Below are positions 1-8,562 of a DNA stretch of 64,000 nucleotides, piece by piece. Source of the DNA: Burkholderiales bacterium. Its GTDB lineage: Bacteria > Pseudomonadota > Gammaproteobacteria > Burkholderiales > Eutrophovitaceae. The translations under genes and the position numbers were made by a program. Under the pieces are notes generated by a model that saw only the letters and a program-made list of their open reading frames with translations, ran no database searches and was not told the origin of the DNA. The DNA lies in NCBI GenBank assembly GCA_035560005.1, contig DATMAN010000031.1:70060-134059 (forward strand), in the 5' to 3' direction. Each line of letters opens with the position of its first letter. The first letter of the stretch is position 1.

Positions 1-502
1 CTTGGGTGAAGAGGTCGCCGCACAGGAGGGTTTGGGTGCTGTATTCCATCAACAGTCCGCACTCCCAGGCGTGAGGCACGTGCGGTGTATCGAACCAACG
101 CACCGCATGCCGGCCCAGTACCAGCAATTCGCCGTCCGTGAGCGCGCGGGCCGGCCGATCGGCCATGTCGTTGACCGACACCGTGGCCGCAATCCGTCCG
201 CACACCGGCACGGCCTGGGGCGCCGTCGCCAGCCATTGGTTCAGCGAGCCGCATTCGTCGGCCTCGAAATGCGAGAAGGCGACGTAGCTCAGGCGATGGA
301 CCGGCATGACGTGCGCGACGGCTTGGCGTACCAGCGAGAAAAGCCTGCGCGGGCCGGTATGGAACAGCATTGGGGCGTCGTCCACGATGAGGTACTGGTT
401 GAAGCTGAACTGTGAACCGGGAATGGTTACCGGCGTGTTGATGCGGTAGATGCCGTCGGCGATTTCGTGGATGTTGGTACCGAATTGCGGGTTGCTGAGC
501 AT
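1..502 (-). CDS. MBL-fold metallo-hydrolase (ODP/flavodiiron-N-domain-like), partial; C-terminus lies outside the window
   Basis: Absent from the ORF track because it runs off the window. Minus-strand translation from ATG 502 reads MLSNPQFGTNIHEIADGIYRINTPV..MLFHTGPRRLF..SYVAFSHFEADECGSLNQWL. AGGAGG lies 6 nt upstream. Carries the H-x-E-x-D metal motif. Confidence 0.7.
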   Translation of the reverse strand, partial: MLSNPQFGTNIHEIADGIYRINTPVTIPGSQFSFNQYLIVDDAPMLFHTGPRRLFSLVRQAVAHVMPVHRLSYVAFSHFEADECGSLNQWLATAPQAVPVCGRIAATVSVNDMADRPARALTDGELLVLGRHAVRWFDTPHVPHAWECGLLMEYSTQTLLCGDLFTQ

Positions 503-583
503 GTCTGCCTCCTTTGTTGTGGGCACAAGGGTGTGTAACGGGGAGGCGCTTCGTTACACTTCCTTGGCAAAGGCCGGAAAGGT

Positions 584-1171
584 ATGCTCGGCTGCTTGAA
601 CAACCTTGACCAGGCAGACAACCTCGAAGATTCCGCCTTGGCGCGGCGGATCGCGGCTGCCGGAGCCGATGGCGACCGGATGGCCGAGGCCGAGCTATGC
701 CGGCGCCTGGCTCCGCGCGTGCGCTTCTATGGCCTGAAGCATTTGCGCGACGAGCAGGCCGCGGCCGACCTCGTTCAACAGGTGCTGCTGATGGTCCTGG
801 AACGGCTCAGATCGGGCAAGGTCCGGCAGCCGGAAATGCTCGGGTCCTTCATGCTGGGCATGTGCCGGATGGTCGTGCTGGACATGAAGCGCAACTACGC
901 GCGCCGCGAACGTCTGCTGCAGACCTTCGCGGCTGACGTTCCCGCCGCCGACACCTCGTTCTCGCCGCGCCTGGATCAGGCGAAGCTTCTGCGCTGCCTG
1001 GATCGATTGCCCGAGCGCGAGAAGTCGGTCCTGGTGATGACCTTCTACGACGACCAGCGTGCGGCACAGGTGGCCACGGAATTGGGGATTTCCGAGACAA
1101 ACGTCAGAGTGATCCGGCACCGCGGGCTGCAGCGTCTGCGCGATTGCCTTCAGACAAGGAGCGTGTCATGA
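584..1171 (+). CDS. ECF-type RNA polymerase sigma-70 family factor
   Basis: Region 2 (DLVQQVLLMVLERL) and region 4 HTH (LPEREKSVLVMTFYDDQRAAQVATELGISETNVRVIRHRGLQRLR). Its stop overlaps the start of the anti-sigma gene. Confidence 0.9.
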   Translation: MLGCLNNLDQADNLEDSALARRIAAAGADGDRMAEAELCRRLAPRVRFYGLKHLRDEQAAADLVQQVLLMVLERLRSGKVRQPEMLGSFMLGMCRMVVLDMKRNYARRERLLQTFAADVPAADTSFSPRLDQAKLLRCLDRLPEREKSVLVMTFYDDQRAAQVATELGISETNVRVIRHRGLQRLRDCLQTRSVS

Positions 1172-1743
1172 GACGGGCCGCCTGTTCTTCGCCGATCCCG
1201 ATCTCGACGCTGGCGGAGTACTGGTTCGGGGAACTGGACCCTGCGCGGGAAAGCTCGCTGGAGGAACACCTGCTCGGCTGCGAGCGATGCAGCACCGAAG
1301 CTCTGGGTCTGGCCGAGATCGCGGGCGGTATCCGCCGGCTGACGGAGCGCGGCTTGGTACGGGCCGTGGTCACCGAAGCGTTCCTGGAGCGCCTGCGGGC
1401 CGGCGGGCTGCAGGTGCGCGAGTACGACGTACCAAGGGGCGGCAGCGTCAATTGCACCATCGCTCCGGACGATGACTTTCTGGTCGCTCACCTCCAGGCA
1501 CCGTTGGATACCGTGGAGCGACTCGATCTGGTGATGTCCGGTGCTCATGGCTCCGAGGTCGAGAGGATCGCGGACGTTCCTTTCGACCGCAGGACCGGCA
1601 GCGTGGTAGTCGCGTCCAGCACCGAGGTGATTCGTGCCCTGGCCGCCTCGACCTCGTACATGCGCTTGATCGCCGTGGATCGCGAAGGCGATCGCCTGAT
1701 CGGCGAATACACGTTCAACCATACACCATGGCCGGCGCGCTGA
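1168..1743 (+). CDS. Zinc-binding (ZAS) anti-sigma factor, apparently soluble
   Basis: ATGA overlap with the sigma gene. H-x3-C-x2-C motif (EEHLLGCERC). No hydrophobic transmembrane stretch in the 191 aa. Confidence 0.75.
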   Translation: MRRAACSSPIPISTLAEYWFGELDPARESSLEEHLLGCERCSTEALGLAEIAGGIRRLTERGLVRAVVTEAFLERLRAGGLQVREYDVPRGGSVNCTIAPDDDFLVAHLQAPLDTVERLDLVMSGAHGSEVERIADVPFDRRTGSVVVASSTEVIRALAASTSYMRLIAVDREGDRLIGEYTFNHTPWPAR

Positions 1744-1872
1744 AATAGATGCGCGCAGACCATGGCCTGCGGCAACGCAGGGCGGACATTCAACGCCGCC
1801 TCCTCTGCGCCGCCATCGCCTGATCTGCGGCACCGGCAGTTCCGGTTCTTGACCCTCGCTATTGCCAGCCCG

Positions 1873-2844
1873 TCAGGCAATCAGTGCCCGGCAGGCGTCG
1901 ATGATGGCTTCCGCGCTCATTCCGTACTTGGCGCGCAGCCGCCCGGTGGGACCCACCATCGCAAAGGTGTCGGGCATGCAGATCATGCGCATCCGGGTCG
2001 GATGCTCCACTGCCAGCAGCTCGGCCACCGCACCGCCCAGGCCGCCGGCCAGGCGATGCTCCTCCGCGGTGACGATGCCGCGCGTCTCGGCCGCCGCGGC
2101 AAGCACCGCATCGCGATCGAAGGGCTTGATGGTGTGCATGTTCAGCACCCGAACGCTCACTCCTTCCTTCGCGAGCGCATCGGATGCGCGCACCGCCATC
2201 TCAACCAGCGCGCCGCAGGCGATCACCGTCACGTCCCGGCCAGGACGCAACAGAGTCGCCCTGCCCGGTCGAAAAGGCGCTTGCGGGTCGGTGACCGGCG
2301 GTTCCTCCACCCGGCCGCCCAGGCGCAGATAGACCGGGCCGTCGATATCCAGCGTCGCCAACGTCGCCTGGTAGGCTTCCTCGATATCGGCGGGCACGAT
2401 GACCGTCATGTTGGGCAGGCTGCGCATCAGCGCGATATCCTCGAGAGCATGGTGGGTGCCACCCGCGACGCCGAGAGAGATGCCGCTCGCCGCCGCACCG
2501 ATGACCACGCGCTGGTTGGCGTAGGCGACGTCGTTTCGGACCTGTTCCATGCTGCGGGCGGAAATGAACGGTGCATAGGCACAGACATAGGGATGCAGGC
2601 CGGTGGTCGCCATTCCCGAAGCGGCGCCGATCGCATTCTGCTCGGCGATGCCCAGCTCGACGAATCGGTCCGGGTGGCGCTCGACCCAGGCACGGATTCC
2701 GAGCAGGTCCTGGGTGTCGGCGGACACCACCACTGCCCGCGGGTCGCGCGCTCCGATCTCCAGCAAGGCTTGGCCGAAGGCGAGCCGGGTCTGGTTGGCG
2801 CAACGGCTGCGCCAGTCCTGCACGCCAGAGACGGCGCTGTTCAC
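1873..2844 (-). CDS. Transketolase, C-terminal (pyrimidine-binding) subunit
   Basis: FGQALLEIG..VVVSADT..ELGIAEQNAIGAASGMA..GGTHHALEDIALMRSLPNMTV. GTGA overlap with the stop of the N-terminal subunit gene. Confidence 0.85.
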   Translation of the reverse strand: MNSAVSGVQDWRSRCANQTRLAFGQALLEIGARDPRAVVVSADTQDLLGIRAWVERHPDRFVELGIAEQNAIGAASGMATTGLHPYVCAYAPFISARSMEQVRNDVAYANQRVVIGAAASGISLGVAGGTHHALEDIALMRSLPNMTVIVPADIEEAYQATLATLDIDGPVYLRLGGRVEEPPVTDPQAPFRPGRATLLRPGRDVTVIACGALVEMAVRASDALAKEGVSVRVLNMHTIKPFDRDAVLAAAAETRGIVTAEEHRLAGGLGGAVAELLAVEHPTRMRMICMPDTFAMVGPTGRLRAKYGMSAEAIIDACRALIA

Positions 2845-3683
2845 GATCCGCCCCCTGCGCCGGGTTCGGCGAGCTGCGCCAGCGCCTTGGCGAGGATCTC
2901 GTCGTTCACCGAGTTGCTGTGCCAGACATAGGTGTTCTCGGCGAAATCCACGCCCTTGCCCTTCACGGTGTGAGCGATGATCGCGGTGGGACGTTCTGGA
3001 TCGAGCGGCACCGAATCCAGCGCCTCGACCACCTGCGCCATGTCGTGGCCGTCGATCTCGCGCACCTCCCAGCCGAAGGCGCGCCACTTCTCGGCGAGCG
3101 GATCGACGCCGATGATCTCGTCGACCCGGCCGCTCTGGCAGATCTTGTTGAAGTCGACGATCGCGGTGAGATTCGACAGCCGGTAATGCGCAGCCGACAT
3201 CGCCGCCTCCCAGTTGGAACCTTCGTGCAGCTCGCCGTCACCCAGCATCACGAAGGTGTGGAACGGTTTTCTCTGAATGCGCGCGCCCAGCGCCATGCCC
3301 AGGGCGACGGCCAGCCCGTGTCCGAGCGCGCCGGTGCACATCTCCACACCGGGCATCTTGATGTCGGGATGCATGCCGAACGGCGATTCGAAGCCGTAGA
3401 AGCGGTCCAGCACCTCATCCGCGATGAATCCCGCCTGTGCCAGCACCGCGCCGAGCGCGGCGTTCGCATGCCCCTTGGATAGCACGAAACGGTCGCGCTC
3501 CGGCCAGTCTGGCTCATCGGGACGCACCCGAAGGCGATGGAAATACAGCGCCGCCAGGATGTCCGCGGCGGAACAGGAGCCGCCGGCGTGGCCTCCGCCG
3601 CCGGCGCGCAGCGCGCGCCAGACGTTGCGCCGTATCTGGCGCGCTTCCGCTTCCAGGCGACTCACCAGCGCGGATTTGTCCAT
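2841..3683 (-). CDS. Transketolase, N-terminal (ThDP-binding) subunit
   Basis: GGHAGGSCSAADILAALYF..LSKGHA..GALGHGL..LGDGELHEGSNWEA. Start taken at MDKSAL, which has a GAGG RBS. Confidence 0.85.
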   Translation of the reverse strand: MDKSALVSRLEAEARQIRRNVWRALRAGGGGHAGGSCSAADILAALYFHRLRVRPDEPDWPERDRFVLSKGHANAALGAVLAQAGFIADEVLDRFYGFESPFGMHPDIKMPGVEMCTGALGHGLAVALGMALGARIQRKPFHTFVMLGDGELHEGSNWEAAMSAAHYRLSNLTAIVDFNKICQSGRVDEIIGVDPLAEKWRAFGWEVREIDGHDMAQVVEALDSVPLDPERPTAIIAHTVKGKGVDFAENTYVWHSNSVNDEILAKALAQLAEPGAGGGS

Positions 3684-3693
3684 GACGGTCGGG

Positions 3694-4209
3694 TTACCTC
3701 GCGACTTGCACCAGCACGCGGCGGTTCTTCTGCTTGTCCGCCGCCGTCTTCTCCGGCGAGACCAGTGGCTTGGAGGAGCCGACCCCGATCGGCTTGCAGG
3801 CAAGCTGCATGCCCTTGTCCTTGAGCGCTTTGCACACCGTACGGGCGCGGGCGAGTGAGAGCATCTGGTTGAACTCAGCAGTCCCGTCGGCGTCGGTGTG
3901 CCCTTCGGCGGTGACGTAGAGATCCGGAAACGCCGCCTTCAGCGCCTTGGAGTTGTCGGTGATGATCTTCAGCAGCCCGTCGATGCGCTTCTCGTTGCCG
4001 GGTGCGAACTCGGCCTTTCCGGTCTTGAACTGGAACTGACCATCCTTGATCTGCTGCTGCGCCAGTTTCTTGTTCACCGTGTCGAGCAGCGATTTGTCCT
4101 TCATCTCGCTCAGCCTGGGAACGCCGTCGAGTTTGGGCAGATCCACCGCCGTCGCGGAGGACCCCTGCATGAGCAACAGGCTGGCGGCGGCTACCAACAT
4201 CGAGCGCAT
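3694..4209 (-). CDS. OmpA-family (OmpA_C-like) secreted/periplasmic protein
   Basis: Signal peptide MRSMLVAAASLLLMQGSSATA. OmpA_C signature YVTAEGHTDADGTAEFNQMLSLARARTV..NRRVLVQV. Confidence 0.8.
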   Translation of the reverse strand: MRSMLVAAASLLLMQGSSATAVDLPKLDGVPRLSEMKDKSLLDTVNKKLAQQQIKDGQFQFKTGKAEFAPGNEKRIDGLLKIITDNSKALKAAFPDLYVTAEGHTDADGTAEFNQMLSLARARTVCKALKDKGMQLACKPIGVGSSKPLVSPEKTAADKQKNRRVLVQVAR

Positions 4210-4379
4210 GACGATTCACCCTGGAGAGTTCGAACGGCCCAAAGTATAGAGGACGGCGGCCCGCCACGGGGCCTGCCAGCGGCAGCCTGCGGAATAACCG
4301 ACCGGACCCGCCGCTATTTGTAGTCAATTCGTACCCGCCGCCTCGCTAGGCTGTTCTTGCGTCGAGGGAGGTCGAGCAG

Positions 4380-4577
4380 ATGAATGCGGTCGGTGTCTAT
4401 GTTGTCCGTCTCTACCGAAGGGATGCTTTGACGCTTGCGGGCGTGGTGGAATCGGTCGAAAGCGGCGAGCAATTGCCGTTTCACTCCACCGAGCAGTTGT
4501 GGCGCGCCCTTCACAAGCTGCCGTCTCCCCGACGAGCCATCCAGAGCGCCAAACCAGACGAGGAGGACATGCCATGA
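4380..4577 (+). CDS. Small hypothetical protein (65 aa), translationally coupled to the next gene
   Basis: GGAGG 9 nt upstream of the ATG. The stop overlaps the downstream ATG (ATGA). Sequence MNAVGVYVVRLYRRDALTLAGVVESVESGEQLPFHSTEQLWRALHKL. Confidence 0.45.
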   Translation: MNAVGVYVVRLYRRDALTLAGVVESVESGEQLPFHSTEQLWRALHKLPSPRRAIQSAKPDEEDMP

Positions 4578-5083
4578 AGAGAGGTTTCGTTTCAGTAATG
4601 GCGATCGCAGTAGCCGGGGTCGTGCTGTCGACCGAGTCTCTTGCCGGCAGGGTCACCATGCCCAAGGAGGGCAGCTACGAGTTCGACTTTTGCCCCATCG
4701 GTCGTGGCAAGGTCTTTTCAGCGGGCGACAAGCTCTTCGTCATGAATTACGATCTTGAAGCGGTCCTGAGATCCACGCCAGCGGGGAAGGCGTTCGACCG
4801 CATGGGCGCCCGATGCTTCGGAATCTATTCGAACATCAGCGGGCGTCAGCAGGAAGCCGGAATATGCGAGCTGACGGACCTCGATGGAGACAAGTGGTGG
4901 ATGGACTACCGCGGCAATCCGGACGGCAAAGGCGGTACTTACACATCCGTGCATGGCACGGGAAAGTATGAAAGCATGATTCTGCGGGGCGAGTACCGCA
5001 TCGACAACGATTGGGGCAGCATTTCGAAGGAAGTCAGTTTTCAAGGCTGCAACCCCAACAAGGGTGCCTACAAGCTGAAGTAG
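4574..5083 (+). CDS. Secreted hypothetical protein (169 aa, 4 Cys, beta-rich)
   Basis: Signal peptide MKRGFVSVMAIAVAGVVLSTESLAG. G+C about 52-57% in hand-counted lines, clearly below the flanks. Confidence 0.7.
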   Translation: MKRGFVSVMAIAVAGVVLSTESLAGRVTMPKEGSYEFDFCPIGRGKVFSAGDKLFVMNYDLEAVLRSTPAGKAFDRMGARCFGIYSNISGRQQEAGICELTDLDGDKWWMDYRGNPDGKGGTYTSVHGTGKYESMILRGEYRIDNDWGSISKEVSFQGCNPNKGAYKLK

Positions 5084-5205
5084 CGCATGCAGGGCTCCGC
5101 GTGATGGCTTGAGTCCAGAATCGGGCCTGCGCATACTGCCGAGCAGGGTAGGGCCGCAGTCGTGGGTCCCATCCGTTCGCCCACGAGTCGGGAGGGGGCT
5201 CCGGG

Positions 5206-8200
5206 ATGAGTAAGACGGCATCGCCAGCCAAGATCAGCCGGCCGCGATTGTTCGACGTGGTGCCGCGCGAGCGGCTGTTCGAGCTGCTCGACGGCAACCG
5301 CGGCCGGCCGCTGATCTGGATTGCTTCTCCGCCCGGCGCGGGCAAGACGGCGCTCATTGCCAGCTATCTCGAGGCGCGCAGCATCCCGACTGTCTGGTAT
5401 CAGGTCGACGCGAGCGATACGGATCCGGCGACGTTCTTTCACTATTTGTCCCTGGCCGTGGAGCCCTTGCGCGAGGGCGATGATTCTCCGTTGCCATGCT
5501 TCGTCGCCGAACACCTGGCCGATCTGCCGGCCTTCGCGCGCCTCTACTTCCGTGCCTTTTTCGCACGGCTTCCGCAGGGCGTGGTTCTGGTTTTCGATAA
5601 CTACCAGGAGATCCCGGAGGACGCACTGCTGCACGATATCGTCTGCCAATGTGTCGCGGAGACACCGAGCGACAGTTCGGTGATTTGCGTCAGTCGTGCG
5701 GAAGCGCCGCGGTACTTCGTCCAGTTTGCCGCGCGTGGCGCCATGGTCCTGGTCGGCTGGGAGAAGCTGCAACTGACGCTGGATGAGGTCCGTGCGGTGT
5801 CGCTGCGACGCGGGGTCGGCGACGAATGGCTGATCCATGCGCTGCACCAGCAATCGCAGGGATGGGCTGCAGGTGTCACGCTGATGCTGGAGCGTCTGGG
5901 GCACCTGGACTGCAGCGGCAGAGAGCTTCCGTCCGATTCCCGCGAGTCGGTCTTCAACTACTTCGCCAGTCTCATTTTCGACCGTGTGCCGGAGTCGATG
6001 CGCCATGTCCTGCTATCGGTTGCGTTCCTTCCACAGGTCACACCCGCACTCGCGCGCGAGCTGAGCGGTCGACCGGATGCCGCGACGGTACTGGAGGATC
6101 TGTACCGCCGCAGGATGTTCACCGACCGCAGGCCTGGCCCGGAACCCGTGTACCAGTTTCATGCACTGTTTCAGGAGTTTCTGAGAGCGCGGGCGAGAAA
6201 TGTGCTCCCACCGAAGCAGTTTGATGCGTTGGTCGGTCGCACGGCTTTCGCTTTGCAGGTAGCGGACAATGTCGATGCGGCGATCAGCCTTTGGATCGCA
6301 GCGCGGGATTGGCAGCCGGTAGTGCAGTTGATTGTGAAGGAGGCGAAAGGACTGCTGAACAGTGGCCGAAGGCAGACGCTTGAGCGCTGGATAGGCGAAG
6401 TACCGGAATCGGGGCGGTACAGCTCGCCGTGGCTCGTGTATTGGCTTGGATGCTCGCAATTGCAGACGAGGCCGGAGCAAGGGGTAAAGACCCTCGAGAA
6501 TGCACTGGGACTCTTTCATAGCGCCGAGGACCGCCGAGGTTCTATCGCCTGTCTTACGGCACTGTTGGGCGGTGGATATATCGGGTATGCGGCGATCGGC
6601 GCGATGGACAGGTGGCTCGACGAGTTGCAAGCAAGCTCAGAAGAATTCTCGGACGCCCTTGCGTCGGATAAACAGTTGCAGGCGTGGGGCGCCCTGTGTT
6701 GCGCGCTGATATACGTCAGGCCATGGGATCCCATGACGACGCAGGCTCTCGAGAGTGTCGAGGAGCTTCTTCCGCGTTGCGCAGACGCTGGCATCGCCCT
6801 TACCGCAGCGATTGGAGCAGTGAGTGCCTGCATGCTGACCGGTGATCTTGAGCGTGGCGAGCGAATCCTGGAACAAGCGACAGAACTCGCGGAACGGAGG
6901 GGAGCAAGCCCTTCGGAGGCAGCATGGTGGTACTGTCAAGTTGGGTACCTGAAATTTGTCGAGGCTCAGTACAACGACGCGTTGCGTTACCTCGACAAAG
7001 CGATTGCCATTGCGGAATCAAATGCGCTTCGCTCGACGATACGAGAGATCATGCTGCATCGCGTGACCGTCGAGTGCCGGACACTGGGATGGGCCAGGGC
7101 AAGCGCGACGCTCACCGAAATAGACGCTCTGTCGAGATCGAGCCGACCCATGAATGGATCACTCTATTGGTTGCACCAGGCGCGCAGGGCACGCTTCAAT
7201 GGGCAATCTGAGCAAGCTGTCGAGTTTGCGCTGGCAGGTTATCAGGCCGCGGTCCGATCCGGGGCCAGACTGTGGGAAATGATGATCGGCCTGTGCGTGG
7301 CTGATCTCCTGATCGACGCCGGGCGACTCAAAGAAGCCAAGCCCCTGATTGCGCGGTCCGCGGAATTGATCGGCCGGACCCCTGTGTATGACTGCTATCG
7401 CGCGGCCCTGTCCTTTGTGGAGTCGTGGACTGCTCTCGTAGCGGGTGACCCGCAGCACGCCACGCTGCGACTGCGCGAAGCGCTTGGGCTGGCGCAGGGA
7501 GGAACCCGTCGCTACTACCTCTGTTTTCTTTACTGTGCTTTGCCTCGTCTGTTCATGTTTGCACTCGAGGAGGGAATCGAGGTGTCTGTTGTGCAGGGCT
7601 TGATCGGGTTGTTTCGTTTGAAACCTCCTACGGATGCGCCGGAGAACTGGCCGTGGCCAGTGCGGATTCTTACCTTGGGCCGGTTTGAAGTGCAGGTCAA
7701 TGGCCGACCGATGGAGTTTTCCCGCAAGCTGCCACGCAAGACCTTGCTGCTTCTGAAAGCAATCGTCGCGCACGGTGGACGCAATGTGCCGGAACAGGTG
7801 TTGTGCGATGCACTTTGGGGCGACGAAGAGGCGGATGCCGCATTGAACGCGCTCGCCATTACCATCGTCCGTCTGCGCAAACTTCTGGGAACGAACGAGG
7901 CCGTGCTGTATCAAGCCGGCAGAATCACCCTGAATGCGGAGCTATGCTGGGTCGACACGTGGATCTTCGAGAAGTACATTGCGGACAATGGTTCGGCCGG
8001 CAGGTTGCTGAGCATTTACCGAGGTGCCTTTCTTCCGGACGAGGAAGGCGAACCGTGGAGCGTGGCGGCGAGGGAACGGTTGCGCGGCAAGTTCATCGAC
8101 GCCCTGTCGAGGTACGGCGCGACGCTGGAGCAGCAGGGCGACTGGCAGGGTGCGGTTCAATGCTATCTGCGTGGTATCGACGCCGATCCGATCGTCGAGA

Positions 8201-8487
8201 CATTCCACCAAGGGTTGATGCGCTGCTATGAGCGGCTGGGCCGGCGCACCGAAGCGCTGAGTGCGTACCGCCGGCTCAAGCAGACGCTGTCAGTAGTGCT
8301 GGGAGTTGCGCCTTCCGAGTCGACTCAGCAGCTTTTCCAGACGATGCTTCAACGGCAGAGTGCGCTGGGGAGCGGTGCGCGCGAACGCTCCTCGCACCTC
8401 GATGCGGAAGACGGTACTGGTTCCCAGCGCGAGGACACTGGCAATGTCGTGCGGAAACTGCCGCCACGCCGCAGGCAGGTGCGTTGA
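5206..8487 (+). CDS. STAND-class ATPase transcriptional regulator: MalT-like N-terminal NTPase, helical/TPR sensor region, C-terminal OmpR-type wHTH + BTAD
   Basis: MalT-like N-terminus (AKISRPRLFDVVPRERLFELL). Walker A SPPGAGKT and Walker B VVLVFDNYQE. C-terminus RILTLGRFEVQVNGRPMEF..KTLLLLKAIVAHGG..LCDALWGD followed by BTAD (WVDTWIFEKY..ETFHQGLMRCYERLGRRTEALSAYRRLKQTL). Confidence 0.85.
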   Translation: MSKTASPAKISRPRLFDVVPRERLFELLDGNRGRPLIWIASPPGAGKTALIASYLEARSIPTVWYQVDASDTDPATFFHYLSLAVEPLREGDDSPLPCFVAEHLADLPAFARLYFRAFFARLPQGVVLVFDNYQEIPEDALLHDIVCQCVAETPSDSSVICVSRAEAPRYFVQFAARGAMVLVGWEKLQLTLDEVRAVSLRRGVGDEWLIHALHQQSQGWAAGVTLMLERLGHLDCSGRELPSDSRESVFNYFASLIFDRVPESMRHVLLSVAFLPQVTPALARELSGRPDAATVLEDLYRRRMFTDRRPGPEPVYQFHALFQEFLRARARNVLPPKQFDALVGRTAFALQVADNVDAAISLWIAARDWQPVVQLIVKEAKGLLNSGRRQTLERWIGEVPESGRYSSPWLVYWLGCSQLQTRPEQGVKTLENALGLFHSAEDRRGSIACLTALLGGGYIGYAAIGAMDRWLDELQASSEEFSDALASDKQLQAWGALCCALIYVRPWDPMTTQALESVEELLPRCADAGIALTAAIGAVSACMLTGDLERGERILEQATELAERRGASPSEAAWWYCQVGYLKFVEAQYNDALRYLDKAIAIAESNALRSTIREIMLHRVTVECRTLGWARASATLTEIDALSRSSRPMNGSLYWLHQARRARFNGQSEQAVEFALAGYQAAVRSGARLWEMMIGLCVADLLIDAGRLKEAKPLIARSAELIGRTPVYDCYRAALSFVESWTALVAGDPQHATLRLREALGLAQGGTRRYYLCFLYCALPRLFMFALEEGIEVSVVQGLIGLFRLKPPTDAPENWPWPVRILTLGRFEVQVNGRPMEFSRKLPRKTLLLLKAIVAHGGRNVPEQVLCDALWGDEEADAALNALAITIVRLRKLLGTNEAVLYQAGRITLNAELCWVDTWIFEKYIADNGSAGRLLSIYRGAFLPDEEGEPWSVAARERLRGKFIDALSRYGATLEQQGDWQGAVQCYLRGIDADPIVETFHQGLMRCYERLGRRTEALSAYRRLKQTLSVVLGVAPSESTQQLFQTMLQRQSALGSGARERSSHLDAEDGTGSQREDTGNVVRKLPPRRRQVR

Positions 8488-8562
8488 CCGTGGGCACGGT
8501 CGGGTCCATCGGATGCCGTAATCCGACTTTCGAACGGGCAGCCCCATCGCGGGAACTTCCGC

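Noticed and set aside
2-415. 137-aa plus-strand ORF at the window start
   Set aside because: It is antisense to the partial MBL-fold gene, which has an RBS and a metal-binding motif.
4306-4341. 9-mer direct repeat acccgccgc (4306 and 4333) as a regulator binding site
   Set aside because: The 27-nt spacing is not a helical multiple, and a GC-rich 9-mer in GC-rich DNA could be chance.
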